From NCBI GenBank assembly GCA_046330795.1, contig JAXLSA010000009.1: a DNA stretch of 64,000 nt; one strand, 5' to 3'. Positions within the stretch are counted from its first letter, which is position 1, and the number at the start of each line of letters is the position of its first letter. The translations under genes and the position numbers were made by a program. The notes below the pieces were generated by a model. The model was not told where the DNA came from. It did not search any database and saw nothing but the letters and a program-made list of their open reading frames with translations. Below are positions 22,468 to 31,971 of the stretch, piece after piece. The DNA is from Mycobacterium sp. (GTDB taxonomy: Bacteria; Actinomycetota; Actinomycetes; Mycobacteriales; Mycobacteriaceae).

Positions 22468-24293
22468 GTTCGTACGGTACCGACGCGGCCGCGCTGGGCG
22501 GCCAGGCGCACCGGGGCATTGTCGACGCCGTAGCCGTCGTAGCCACCGAACCGCTGCACGAACTCGAAGAACACCGACCCCACGGTGCGGGTGTAGAAGT
22601 GCACGAAATGCCCGTCCGGACCCCGGTCGTAGAGCAGGTCCAGCGCGCGCAGTTCCGCGACGTAGCCGTCGTCGAGGCCGAAGCGGCCGGACAGGTAGTC
22701 GTAGTAGTTGTCCGGCACGGGCAGGAACTCCAGGCCGGCCGCCCGGGCGGCGCGGGCCAGCGCGACGACGTCGTCGCAGCCGAACGCGACGTGCTGGGTT
22801 GGATCGGCGTCGTCGAGGACGTGCGGGGCCACGTTGAACGGGATCCGCACCTCGCCGGCGCCGGGTTCGGCGAGCGGTGTCGTTCCGCGAGCACGAGGCC
22901 CGGCGCAAACCCGACTGCGCAGCACCTGGCTGCGGATCAGGCCGGTCGGGCCCGGGACCTCGGTGGGCTCCTCGGCGTGCAGGCCGAAGACACTGGTCAG
23001 CAGCAGCGCCGCGTCCTGCGCGGTCTGCCAGGGCAGGCTGAGGTTGACGTGGTCGATGACGCGCACCGGCGAGGGCGTCTGCGGCATACCGTCGTGGAAC
23101 TCCCCCACCCAGGCCGGCTCGCTGGTCCAGAACACCTCGACTCCCCCGGGGACGGTCGTCGCGCCGAACGGCTGCTCGGAGGCGTAGGTCCGCCGGTAGG
23201 CCGTCGGCGCCATCAGTGCGCGGGCCCGGCCGGAGGTGGCCTCGGCGTCGGGCACCTGCAATCCGATCGCGGCCACCTGCGGGCGCTGATCGCGGGCCTG
23301 CTGCTCGTTGAGTACGACACGGGCCTGACCCGCGCACCACAGCGACACCGGCTTGCTGCGGTGCCGCCCGCGGGGCGTGAACCCGAGCTGCCCGAGCAGG
23401 ACCTCGACCTCGCCGGTGTCCTCGGCCTTGATCTCGACGAAGTCGAATCCGTTGGGCGGCTTGGCATCCGGGATGTCGATCAGGTGCAGTTCGTCCTGCA
23501 GCCAGCGCAGGGAACGCAGTGCGTGCACGGCAGTGCGCTGCGGGTCGGTCTGCCGGAAGGTGTCATTGAACACCTCGAGCGACAGCGGGCCGTCGTAGCC
23601 GGTGGCCAGCACATGCCCGACGAACGCCGTCAGGTCGAAGGCGCCCTCGCCGGGGAACAGCCGATGGTGCCGGCTCCAGGACAGCACGTCCATGCGCAGC
23701 GCGGGGGCGTCGGCCAGTTGCAGGTAGAAGATCTTGGCGCCGGGGATGTCCTCGATACCGGCCGGGTCGTGGCCGCGGGAGAGGACGTGGAAGCTGTCCA
23801 GGCAGACGCCGACGGCCGGGTGGTCGGCCAACTGCACGATGCGCCAGGCGCGCCGGTAGTCGTCGACGAAGCGGCCCCAGGCCAGGGCCTCGAAGGCGAT
23901 CCGGATGCCATAGGTCGCGGCCAGGTCGCCGATGCGCCGCAGCTGGCTGGCGGAGACGTCGTCGTCATCGACGGTGGCGGTGGCCCCAGCGTTGCTGCAC
24001 ACCAGGACGGTGTCGATGCCGAGGCGCTGCGCGGTGACGAAGGTGGCGCGGGCGCGGCGCAGGTTGTCGGCGAAGGTGGTCTCGTCGACGCCCTCGAGAT
24101 CGCGCAGCGGTTGGTAGAGATTCAGGGACAGGCCGAGCCGCGTCGCCAGGGCGCGGATCTCCTCGGGTGAGTGGTCACCCGCGATCAGATCGGGCTCGAA
24201 GATCTCGACGCCGTCGAAGCCGGCGGACGCGCACGCGTGCAGTTTCTCCACCAGTGAGCCGGACAGCGACACCGTCGCAATGGAGGTCCTCAT
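22464..24293 (-). CDS. 3-dehydroshikimate dehydratase (AP-endonuclease-2/TIM barrel + HPPD-like domain), QsuB/QuiC type
   Basis: [39 protein letters not shown]-terminal FFEFVQR.GGY.GYG. Confidence 0.88.
   Translation of the reverse strand: MRTSIATVSLSGSLVEKLHACASAGFDGVEIFEPDLIAGDHSPEEIRALATRLGLSLNLYQPLRDLEGVDETTFADNLRRARATFVTAQRLGIDTVLVCSNAGATATVDDDDVSASQLRRIGDLAATYGIRIAFEALAWGRFVDDYRRAWRIVQLADHPAVGVCLDSFHVLSRGHDPAGIEDIPGAKIFYLQLADAPALRMDVLSWSRHHRLFPGEGAFDLTAFVGHVLATGYDGPLSLEVFNDTFRQTDPQRTAVHALRSLRWLQDELHLIDIPDAKPPNGFDFVEIKAEDTGEVEVLLGQLGFTPRGRHRSKPVSLWCAGQARVVLNEQQARDQRPQVAAIGLQVPDAEATSGRARALMAPTAYRRTYASEQPFGATTVPGGVEVFWTSEPAWVGEFHDGMPQTPSPVRVIDHVNLSLPWQTAQDAALLLTSVFGLHAEEPTEVPGPTGLIRSQVLRSRVCAGPRARGTTPLAEPGAGEVRIPFNVAPHVLDDADPTQHVAFGCDDVVALARAARAAGLEFLPVPDNYYDYLSGRFGLDDGYVAELRALDLLYDRGPDGHFVHFYTRTVGSVFFEFVQRFGGYDGYGVDNAPVRLAAQRGRVGTVRT
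22860..22910. repeat. Intragenic palindromic element, copy A (inside the DHS dehydratase gene)
   Basis: 46/51 identical to 40233-40283; inverted repeat GCGCCGGG...CCCGGCGC. Confidence 0.85.
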
Positions 24294-24299
24294 CACAGC

Positions 24300-24319
24300 A
24301 ATGTACCAATTAGTTAATT
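24300..24319. promoter_or_regulatory. Candidate TetR operator / divergent promoter
   Basis: AATGTACCAATTAGTTAATT, 15/20 identical to the reverse complement of 25143-25162; contains minus-strand TACATT 6 nt before the qsuB ATG. Confidence 0.55.
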
Positions 24320-24358
24320 TGATGGGAAGGGTGCGCTGCGCCCGGTAAGCTCCCCGTC

Positions 24359-24997
24359 GTGGTCAAGGAGGTGAAAGCGTCCCGAGACGCCGAGCGCACG
24401 AGGGCCGAGCTGTTGGCGGTGGCCACCGAAGTGTTCGCCGAGGCCGGGTACTCCGGCGCCCGGGTCGACGAGATCGCCGAGCGCACCCGCACCACCAAGC
24501 GGATGATCTACTACTACTTCGGCGGCAAAGAGGGCCTCTACCTGGCCGTTCTGGAAAACGCCTACCGCGGCATCCGCGACGCAGAGCAGAAGCTGCGGGT
24601 CGATCACACTGATCCGGTGGAGGCCATCCGGCGCCTGGCCGAGGTCACCTTCGATCACCACATCGCCCACGACGCGTTCATCCGGCTGGTGTCCATCGAG
24701 AACATCCACCGGGGTGAGTTCATCCGCCAGCTGCGCGAACTGCCCGAGCTCTCCCGGCCGGCGACGTCGCTGCTCGACGAGATCCTGCGCGACGGCCGGG
24801 CCGCCGGGGTGTTCCGTGACGACGTCAGCGCGCTGGACGTACACCTGGTGATCAGCTCGTATTGCGTGTTCCAGGTGGCCAACCGGTACACCTTCGGGTA
24901 CCTGTTCGATGTCGACCTGGCCGAGACGTCACAGCGCGCTCACCTGCGCCGGATGATCGGCGACGTCGTGGTGGGCTGGCTGACCCACCGCCCGTAG
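24359..24997 (+). CDS. TetR family regulator of the quinate island
   Basis: HTH ARVDEIAERTRTTKRMIYYYFGGKEGLY. Confidence 0.92.
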   Translation: MVKEVKASRDAERTRAELLAVATEVFAEAGYSGARVDEIAERTRTTKRMIYYYFGGKEGLYLAVLENAYRGIRDAEQKLRVDHTDPVEAIRRLAEVTFDHHIAHDAFIRLVSIENIHRGEFIRQLRELPELSRPATSLLDEILRDGRAAGVFRDDVSALDVHLVISSYCVFQVANRYTFGYLFDVDLAETSQRAHLRRMIGDVVVGWLTHRP

Positions 24998-25017
24998 CCG
25001 CTCGGGCACCCCACCCC

Positions 25018-25078
25018 ATCTGTTCAGCAGTCACCGACACGACGTGCGAGTAGACCTCGCAGCCAGCACTGAACAGAT
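25018..25078. repeat. 61-bp REP/MITE-like element, copy 1
   Basis: ATCTGTTCAG...CTGAACAGAT terminal inverted repeats; same length as copies at 36012 and 49090. Confidence 0.8.
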
Positions 25079-25142
25079 CCCGGAGACCCGGATCACATTT
25101 TCCTCTTGACGCGACGGCGGGCACAGTGCTTCACTCTTCACT

Positions 25143-25162
25143 AACGTACTAGTTCGTACATT
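25143..25162. promoter_or_regulatory. Candidate TetR operator upstream of the shikimate dehydrogenase operon
   Basis: AACGTACTAGTTCGTACATT, AT-rich, near-palindromic, similar to 24300-24319. Confidence 0.55.
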
Positions 25163-25171
25163 AAGGACCGG

Positions 25172-26041
25172 GTGACCACCATGCAGAACTCCTATCTCGT
25201 CGGCCTGATCGGAACGGGCGTCGGCCCGTCGCTCACACCGGCGATGCACATGGGCGAGGGCCGGGCCCAGGGCCTCGATTACGTCTACCGGACCATCGAC
25301 CTGAACACCCTGGGCATCTCCCCCGACCGCATCGGCGAGGTGCTGTCCTGGGCGCGCGACCTCGGCTTCGACGCCGTCAACGTCACCCACCCGTGCAAGC
25401 AGCTGGCACTGGCCCACCTCGATGACATCGACCCGGTGGCCGCCACCCTGGGCGCGGTCAACACCGTGCTGTTCACCGGCGGCCGCACCGCCGGATTCAA
25501 CACCGACACCACCGGCTTCGCGCACGGCTTCGCCGAGGGCCTGCCCGGCGCGCAACTCGACGACGTCGTCCTGGTCGGAGGGGGCGGGGCCGGCACCGCG
25601 GTGGCCGACGCGCTGCTGCGGCTGGGCACCGGCCACCTCACCATCGTCGACCTCGACGTCGACCGTGCCGCCCGGCTGGCCGCCGAACTGGCCGGCCGAC
25701 ACCCGAACTCCCGGGTGGACGCATCGTCCTTCGACAAACTGTCCGCCCTGCTGCCCGACAGCAACGGCGTGGTCCACGCGACGCCCACCGGAATGGCCGA
25801 GCACCCCGGCATCGCGTTCGACCCCGCGCTGCTGCACCCCGGGCTGTGGGTGGCCGACATCGTCTACCGGCCATTGGACACCGCGCTGCTGCAGGCCGCC
25901 CGCGCGGCGGGCTGCCGGACCCTCGACGGCGGTCACATGGCCGTGTACCAGGCCGTCGACGCGTTCGCCCTGATCACCGGACGCACCCCGGATGCCGCCC
26001 GGATGACCGCCCATTTCCGCAATCTCGTCACCAATTCGTAA
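25172..26041 (+). CDS. Quinate/shikimate dehydrogenase (QsuD/AroE family)
   Basis: SLTPAMH..EG, NVTHPCK, GAVNT, NTD..GF, GGGGAG; alternative ATG 25181. Confidence 0.92.
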   Translation: MTTMQNSYLVGLIGTGVGPSLTPAMHMGEGRAQGLDYVYRTIDLNTLGISPDRIGEVLSWARDLGFDAVNVTHPCKQLALAHLDDIDPVAATLGAVNTVLFTGGRTAGFNTDTTGFAHGFAEGLPGAQLDDVVLVGGGGAGTAVADALLRLGTGHLTIVDLDVDRAARLAAELAGRHPNSRVDASSFDKLSALLPDSNGVVHATPTGMAEHPGIAFDPALLHPGLWVADIVYRPLDTALLQAARAAGCRTLDGGHMAVYQAVDAFALITGRTPDAARMTAHFRNLVTNS

Positions 26042-26076
26042 TCCGCCCAGCACAATTCACCAACAAGGAGCCCACC

Positions 26077-27414
26077 ATGACGACACTCGAGCCGCCGCCG
26101 GACGCGATTCCGGCCAAGACACCGCGACGGGCCGCGCTGGCCAGCTTCATGGGCAGCGCCGTCGAGTACTACGACTTCTTCCTGTTCGGGTCGGCGGCAG
26201 CGCTGATCTTCCCGCACATCTTCTTCCCGAAGGACGACACGGCGGCACTGGTCATGTCGTTCATGACGTTCGGCTTCGCCTACGTCGCACGGCCCGTCGG
26301 TGCGGTCATTCTCGGCCACTTCGGCGACCGCATCGGACGCCAGCGCGTGCTGATGTTCACCCTGGTCCTGATGGGCCTGTCGACGTTCCTGATCGGCTGC
26401 CTGCCCACGTTCTCCACCATCGGCTGGGCCGCCCCGGTGCTGCTGGTGCTGTGTCGTCTGATGCAAGGCTTTTCGGCGGCCGGCGAGCAGGCCGGCGCCA
26501 GCTCCCTGACGCTGGAACACTCCCCCGACGACCAGCGGGCCTTCTACACCTCCTGGACGCTGACCGGCACGCAGGGCGGCCTGATCCTGGCGTCGTTGAT
26601 CCTCATCCCATTCATGGCCCTGCCCGATGATGCGAAGTACAGCTGGGGCTGGCGGGTGCCGTTCTGGTGCTCGGCCGTCGTGGTCGTCGTTGCGTACTTC
26701 ATCCGCCGCCAGCTGCACGAGACCCCGCAGTTCACCGCGGCCAGCGAAAAGGGCGAGTTGGCCGCCGTTCCGCTGGTGCCGCTGCTGCGCAACCACTGGC
26801 GCGACGTGCTGCGCGTCATCTTCTGCGCCTTCATCGCCGCTGTCTCAACGGTTTTCGCGAACCTGGCCCTGGCCTACGGCAAGAAGGTCGGGCTGCCCGC
26901 CGACATCACCCTGTGGCTGGTGGTGGTCGCCAACGTGGTGGCCCTGTTCACCCAGCCGATGTTCGGCAAGCTCGCCGACCGGATCGGCCGCAAGCCGGTG
27001 TTCATCTACGGCGCCCTGGCGTCGGCCGTCCTGATGCCCTTCTACATGCTCTCCATGAGCGACGACAACCAGTGGGTCACCTTCGCGCTGGCCGTCGCCA
27101 CCTTCTCGTTCGGCTACGCCGCCGCCAACGCGGTGTGGCCGTCGTTCTACGGCGAGATGTTCTCCACCGAGGTCCGCTTCTCCGGCATGGCGATCGGCAC
27201 CCAGCTCGGGTTCCTGATGGCCGGCTTCGCCCCGTCGATCGTGACCGCCCTGGGCGGTGTGCGCGAGGGCGGCTGGACCGTCATCGCCGGGTTCACCGCG
27301 GTGGTCTGCCTGATCGCCGCCGGTTCGGCGTTGACCGCACCCGAGACCAAGGACGTCCCGACCGAACTGCTCGGCCGGTCCGCCGATGGCACCAAAGAAC
27401 TTGTCCACCACTGA
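26077..27414 (+). CDS. MFS transporter, MHS/ShiA shikimate family
   Basis: VEYYDFFLFG, GHFGDRIGR, QGFSAAGEQAGA, about 12 TM; AAGGAG RBS. Confidence 0.9.
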   Translation: MTTLEPPPDAIPAKTPRRAALASFMGSAVEYYDFFLFGSAAALIFPHIFFPKDDTAALVMSFMTFGFAYVARPVGAVILGHFGDRIGRQRVLMFTLVLMGLSTFLIGCLPTFSTIGWAAPVLLVLCRLMQGFSAAGEQAGASSLTLEHSPDDQRAFYTSWTLTGTQGGLILASLILIPFMALPDDAKYSWGWRVPFWCSAVVVVVAYFIRRQLHETPQFTAASEKGELAAVPLVPLLRNHWRDVLRVIFCAFIAAVSTVFANLALAYGKKVGLPADITLWLVVVANVVALFTQPMFGKLADRIGRKPVFIYGALASAVLMPFYMLSMSDDNQWVTFALAVATFSFGYAAANAVWPSFYGEMFSTEVRFSGMAIGTQLGFLMAGFAPSIVTALGGVREGGWTVIAGFTAVVCLIAAGSALTAPETKDVPTELLGRSADGTKELVHH

Positions 27415-27430
27415 CTTTCAGGAGTACGAC

Positions 27431-28225
27431 ATGACGATCCTCAACACCGATCCGGACAGCGCGTCGGCCAGCCAGGCCGAGATCAACACCGAGATCGCCG
27501 CCATAGGAATTGAGGCGTCCGCCCATGGGAGGTCCGGCATCGAGGAAACCCAGCCCCGGCTGAACTACGCGCCGTATCGCAGCAGCCTGCTGCGCCACCC
27601 GACCAAGGACGCCCACCACGCCGATCCCGAGGGCATCGAACTGTGGACCCCGGTGTTCGGGACCCGTGACGTGCACCGGCTGGAGTCGGATCTGACCATC
27701 CAGGGCGGCGGCGAACCGATCGGCGAGCGCACGGTGGTCACCGGGCGCATCGTGGATGGCGAGGGCCGGCCGGTGCGCCGCCAGTTGGTGGAGATCTGGC
27801 AGGCCAACGCCGCCGGCCGATACGTGCACAAGCGCGATCAGCACCCGGCACCGCTGGACCCGAACTTCACCGGCGTGGGACGCTGCCTGACCGACGACGA
27901 CGGCACCTACCGTTTCACCACCATCAAACCCGGCCCTTATCCGTGGAAGAACCACCACAACGCGTGGCGGCCCGCGCACATCCATTTCTCGCTGTTCGGA
28001 ACGGATTTCACGCAGCGGATGATCACCCAGATGTACTTCCCGGGCGATCCGCTGCTCGAGCTGGACCCGATCTACCAGTCGATCACCGACCAGAAGGCCC
28101 GCGAACGCCTGATCGCCACCTACGACCACGATGTCACCACCCATGAGTGGTGCACCGGCTACCGCTGGGACATCGTGCTGACCGGATCGCAGCGCACGCA
28201 CTTCGAAGAGGAGAACGACCGATGA
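27431..28225 (+). CDS. pcaH: Protocatechuate 3,4-dioxygenase beta subunit
   Basis: YAPYRSS.LRHP, EIWQANAAGRY.H, PGPYPW.NH.NAWRPAHIHFS. Confidence 0.96.
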   Translation: MTILNTDPDSASASQAEINTEIAAIGIEASAHGRSGIEETQPRLNYAPYRSSLLRHPTKDAHHADPEGIELWTPVFGTRDVHRLESDLTIQGGGEPIGERTVVTGRIVDGEGRPVRRQLVEIWQANAAGRYVHKRDQHPAPLDPNFTGVGRCLTDDDGTYRFTTIKPGPYPWKNHHNAWRPAHIHFSLFGTDFTQRMITQMYFPGDPLLELDPIYQSITDQKARERLIATYDHDVTTHEWCTGYRWDIVLTGSQRTHFEEENDR

Positions 28226-28773
28226 CAACGTTGCTCGCCCCAACGCCGGGCCAGACCATCGGCCCGTTCTACGGTTTCGCGCTGCCGATCGACCGCGGCA
28301 GCGAGCTGGTGCCGCCACGGAGCCCGGGCGCCATACGTTTTCACGGTCATGTGCTCGACGGCGACGGCAAGCCGGTGCCGGATGTGATGCTCGAGATCTG
28401 GCAGGCCGACGGGGACGGGAACGTGCCCCGCGAGCCGGGTGGGCTGCGCCGCGACGGCTGGGGGTTCAGCGGTTGGGGCCGGGTATCCACCGACGACGAC
28501 GGGCATTTCAGCTTCAGCACCGTCGAACCCGGTCCGACCGAGGGCAGACCGGCGTTCATCATGGTCACGATATTCGGCCGCGGACTGCTCAACCGCCTGT
28601 TCACCCGCGCCTACGTCCCCGCGCCGGCGCTCGAGAGCGACGCATTGCTCGACAGCCTGCCCGAGGACCGCCGCGACACCCTGATCGCCGAACGCGATGC
28701 GCAGGGCCTGCGATTCGACATCCGGCTACAGGGCGAGCGGGAGACGGTGTTCCTGAGTTACCCGGGCCAGTGA
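28222..28773 (+). CDS. pcaG: Protocatechuate 3,4-dioxygenase alpha subunit
   Basis: TPGQTIGPFY, EIWQAD, RGLLNRLFTRAY, FDIRLQGERETVF. Confidence 0.95.
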   Translation: MTTLLAPTPGQTIGPFYGFALPIDRGSELVPPRSPGAIRFHGHVLDGDGKPVPDVMLEIWQADGDGNVPREPGGLRRDGWGFSGWGRVSTDDDGHFSFSTVEPGPTEGRPAFIMVTIFGRGLLNRLFTRAYVPAPALESDALLDSLPEDRRDTLIAERDAQGLRFDIRLQGERETVFLSYPGQ

Positions 28774-29972
28774 GCGACCTGTTCTGGCCGGGCGACCAGC
28801 GGGCCGGCGACCTGATGAGCGACGCGGCCTTCCTGGCCGCGCTGATCGGCGTCGAAAATTCCTGGCTCGCAATACTTGTCGAGTCCGGGGTTGCTCCCCG
28901 TGCGGCGGCCGCCGATCTGAGTCGGCTGGTCGGCCCGGGCGACCGCGACGCAGTCGCGGCGGCGGCCGAGCACGACGGCAATCCGGTCACCGCCCTGGTG
29001 CGGCTGTTGCGCGAGCGGGCCGGCGCCGAGACGGCGCGCTGGCTGCATCGCGGGCTGACGAGTCAGGACGTCGTCGACTCCGCGTTGATGTGCTGCCTGC
29101 GCGACGCGCTCGGGGCCGTCGACTTGCAACTCGGCCAGCAGATCACCGCGTTGGTCACGCTGATCGAAACCCACCGGGACGCACCGGTTCTGGCCCGGAC
29201 GCTGACCCAGCCCGCGCTGCCGTCGACCGCGGGCCTGAAGTTCGCCACCTGGCTGACCGCCGTCCTCGACGTCTCGGAGGTATTGGGCGGCATGTCGGCT
29301 CTGCCGGTGCAGGCCGGCGGGGCGGCCGGCACCATGGCCGCCGCCACCGAGCTCACGGGTTCTCCCGAAGGCGCACTGGCACTTTCGGATGCGCTGGCCG
29401 ACGCGCTCGGGCTGGCCCGCGCCACGCCCTGGCACACCACCCGCGGTCCGCTCTCCCGCGTCGGCGATGCGCTCGTCGGTTGCTGCGACGCGTGGGGACG
29501 CATCGCCAACGACGTCGCCACCGGCGCCCGGGCCGAGATCGCCGAATTCGCCGAGAGTTCCGGTGGCGGTTCGTCGACCATGCCGCACAAGAGCAATCCG
29601 GTGCTCTCGGTGCTGCTGCGCCGCACGGCGCTGGTCGCCCCGCCGCTGGGGGCCACGTTGCACGCGGCCGCGGCGGCCGGCGTCGACGAACGCGCCGACG
29701 GCGGCTGGCACGCCGAGTGGGCCACCATCCGCACCCTGGCCCGCCGCACCGTCGCCGCGGCGGGGCAGTGTGCCGACCTGCTGACCGGCCTGCGGTTCGA
29801 CGCCACCCGCGCGGCCGCCAACCTGTCCGCCGCGAGCGGCATCCTGGCCGAACAGCAGGCGATGGTTGAATTGACCGGTCGCCCAACATCTCCCAGCTAT
29901 CTGGGGACCACCGATCTGTTGGTCGACGCCGCCTTGCGGCGGGCCCGCGAACACCTGAAGGGATCCCAGTGA
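28770..29972 (+). CDS. pcaB: 3-carboxy-cis,cis-muconate cycloisomerase
   Basis: HRGLTSQDVVDSA, ARTLTQPA, GGSSTMPHKSNP fumarase-family signature. Confidence 0.92.
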   Translation: MSDLFWPGDQRAGDLMSDAAFLAALIGVENSWLAILVESGVAPRAAAADLSRLVGPGDRDAVAAAAEHDGNPVTALVRLLRERAGAETARWLHRGLTSQDVVDSALMCCLRDALGAVDLQLGQQITALVTLIETHRDAPVLARTLTQPALPSTAGLKFATWLTAVLDVSEVLGGMSALPVQAGGAAGTMAAATELTGSPEGALALSDALADALGLARATPWHTTRGPLSRVGDALVGCCDAWGRIANDVATGARAEIAEFAESSGGGSSTMPHKSNPVLSVLLRRTALVAPPLGATLHAAAAAGVDERADGGWHAEWATIRTLARRTVAAAGQCADLLTGLRFDATRAAANLSAASGILAEQQAMVELTGRPTSPSYLGTTDLLVDAALRRAREHLKGSQ

Positions 29973-30343
29973 GCACCTACGACGAGGGCATGACGGTTCG
30001 CCGGGAGGTACTCGGCGACGAGCACGTCGACCGCGCGACCGCCAACGCGACCGAGTTCACCGCGGACTTCCAGGAGCTGATCACCCGCTACGCGTGGGGC
30101 GAGATCTGGACGCGGCCGGGCCTGGACCGCCGGTCCCGCTCGATGGTCACCCTGACGGCACTGGTGGCCCGCGGCCATCACGAGGAACTCGCCCTGCACC
30201 TGCGCGCCGCGCTCCGCAATGGGCTGACTGCCGACGAGATCAAGGAAGTCCTGCTGCAGACCGCGATCTACTGCGGGGTGCCGGATGCCAACACGGCGTT
30301 CCGGATCGCCGCACAGGTGCTCGCGACACCCGAGGGTGCATAG
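29969..30343 (+). CDS. pcaC: 4-carboxymuconolactone decarboxylase
   Basis: GMTVRREVLGDEHV, YAWGEIWTRPGLD, QTAIYCGVP. Confidence 0.95.
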   Translation: MSTYDEGMTVRREVLGDEHVDRATANATEFTADFQELITRYAWGEIWTRPGLDRRSRSMVTLTALVARGHHEELALHLRAALRNGLTADEIKEVLLQTAIYCGVPDANTAFRIAAQVLATPEGA

Positions 30344-30426
30344 AAGTACGGCCCACGCGGTGTGTCGGCGGACCGACACGCACACTCGGCGGGGAAATGG
30401 CGTGCGCGCCACTAGGCTGGGGCCTC

Positions 30427-31404
30427 GTGCGCGCCGTGCTGATCGTCAACCCGAATGCCACCTCGACGTCGGCGTCCGGTTTGGCGCTGTTGGCCCACGC
30501 GCTGGAGAGCCGGGTCGAGCTGACGGTGGAACGCACCGACCACCGCGGCCACGCCATCGAGATCGCTCAGCGGGCCGCACAGGACGGCGTCGACGTGGTG
30601 ATCGTGCACGGCGGCGACGGCACGGTGAACGAGGTGGTCAACGGCCTGCTGGGGCCGCCGGGGCGGCTGACGGCCCGGAGGGTGCCCGCCGTGGCGGTGG
30701 TGCCGGGCGGTTCGGCCAACGTGTTCGCGCGCTCCCTGGGCATTCCGCACGACCCGATCGAGGCGACGAACCTGCTGATCGACCTGCTCGGCGAGTACCG
30801 CCAGACACACGCCTGGCGGCGGATCGGGTTGATGGACTGCGGCGAGCGCTGGGGCGTCTTCACCGCCGGGATGGGCGTTGACGGCGAGGTGGTGGCCAGC
30901 GTCGAGGCCCACCGTAAGCGGGGCCGCAAGCAGAAGGGCGTGACCGCGACGAGGTACATCCGCTCGGCGATTCCGACCGTCCTGCGCAGTGCGCGACGGG
31001 AGCCGACGCTGACGCTGCGATTGCCCGATCGCGACCCGGTCACCGGTGTGCATTTCGTCTTCGTGTCGAACGCGAGCCCGTGGACGTATGCCAATGCCCG
31101 GCCGGTGTACACGAATCCGGATTGCCGATTCGAAACCGGGCTGGGGGTTTTCGCCACGACCAGCATGAGTGTCTGGCGGAATCTGGGGCTGGTGCGCCGG
31201 ATGTTGTCGAAGAAGGGCAAGGTCAAGGCGGCCCATCTGGTGCGCGACGACGACGTCGCCTGGCTGCAGGTCACGTCCGACACGCCGATCGCGACACAGA
31301 TCGACGGGGATTACCTCGGGTTGCGCGAAGAAATGATGTTCCGGTCGGTACCCGACGCCCTCGACGTTGTAGCCGTTGTCGCTCCCCCGCAGAAACCTTC
31401 GTGA
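30427..31404 (+). CDS. Diacylglycerol kinase family protein (Rv3218)
   Basis: LIVNPNAT, GGDGTVNE, PGGSANVFA, QIDGDY.G. Confidence 0.92.
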   Translation: MRAVLIVNPNATSTSASGLALLAHALESRVELTVERTDHRGHAIEIAQRAAQDGVDVVIVHGGDGTVNEVVNGLLGPPGRLTARRVPAVAVVPGGSANVFARSLGIPHDPIEATNLLIDLLGEYRQTHAWRRIGLMDCGERWGVFTAGMGVDGEVVASVEAHRKRGRKQKGVTATRYIRSAIPTVLRSARREPTLTLRLPDRDPVTGVHFVFVSNASPWTYANARPVYTNPDCRFETGLGVFATTSMSVWRNLGLVRRMLSKKGKVKAAHLVRDDDVAWLQVTSDTPIATQIDGDYLGLREEMMFRSVPDALDVVAVVAPPQKPS

Positions 31405-31495
31405 CCTGCGGTAATGGCGCATATCGTGCAAATCTTGGGCACAACTGGTTTTAGTGTAGTACAACTGGGAAGCAGTTCCGGTAACGGATCCGGCC

Positions 31496-31555
31496 AGTGA
31501 CATTGACCACGTGTTAACGAAGTTCTATTGACATCTGTCCAGGCTCTGGAACGAT
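31496..31555 (+). promoter_or_regulatory. whiB1 promoter with CRP-like site
   Basis: GTGA-CATTGA-CCAC (31497-31510); TTGACA (31528-31533); AACGAT (31550-31555) as putative -10. Confidence 0.6.
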
Positions 31556-31652
31556 CGTACGCAACAGTGCAGAAACATTTGTGTGCACGCGTTAACAGCC
31601 GAAGACACAAAACCGGTGTGCATTGCTGCGCGCCCAGATAGGAGTAATAGCC

Positions 31653-31907
31653 ATGGATTGGCGGCATAAGGCGGTCTGTCGTGACGAGGATCCGGAACTG
31701 TTCTTCCCGGTGGGAAACAGCGGCCCGGCCATCGCCCAGATCGCTGACGCGAAGCTGGTGTGCAACCGGTGCCCCGTGACCACCGAGTGCCTGACCTGGG
31801 CGCTTGATTCGGGTCAGGACGCCGGCGTGTGGGGCGGCATGAGCGAGGACGAGCGCCGTGCGCTCAAGCGCCGCAATGCCCGCACCCGGGCGCGCAGCGG
31901 GGTCTGA
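31653..31907 (+). CDS. whiB1: WhiB1 Fe-S transcription factor
   Basis: MDWRHKAVCRDEDPELFFPVG...C..C.V...C...GVWGG. Confidence 0.97.
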   Translation: MDWRHKAVCRDEDPELFFPVGNSGPAIAQIADAKLVCNRCPVTTECLTWALDSGQDAGVWGGMSEDERRALKRRNARTRARSGV

Positions 31908-31924
31908 ACCCCAAAGGCATTGAC

Positions 31925-31960
31925 AAGAACGGCCCCGGTGAATTCACCGGGGCCGTTCTT
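31925..31960. terminator. Bidirectional terminator: perfect 36-bp palindrome
   Basis: AAGAACGGCCCCGGTGAATTCACCGGGGCCGTTCTT between convergent whiB1 and the 576-aa gene. Confidence 0.85.
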
Positions 31961-31971
31961 CGTCAGCAGGG

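Noticed and set aside
31925-31960. Perfect 36-bp palindrome as a recombination or integration site for the 576-aa gene
   Set aside because: Position between convergent stops with T/A-rich ends fits a bidirectional terminator; no matching site on the other flank and no recombinase.
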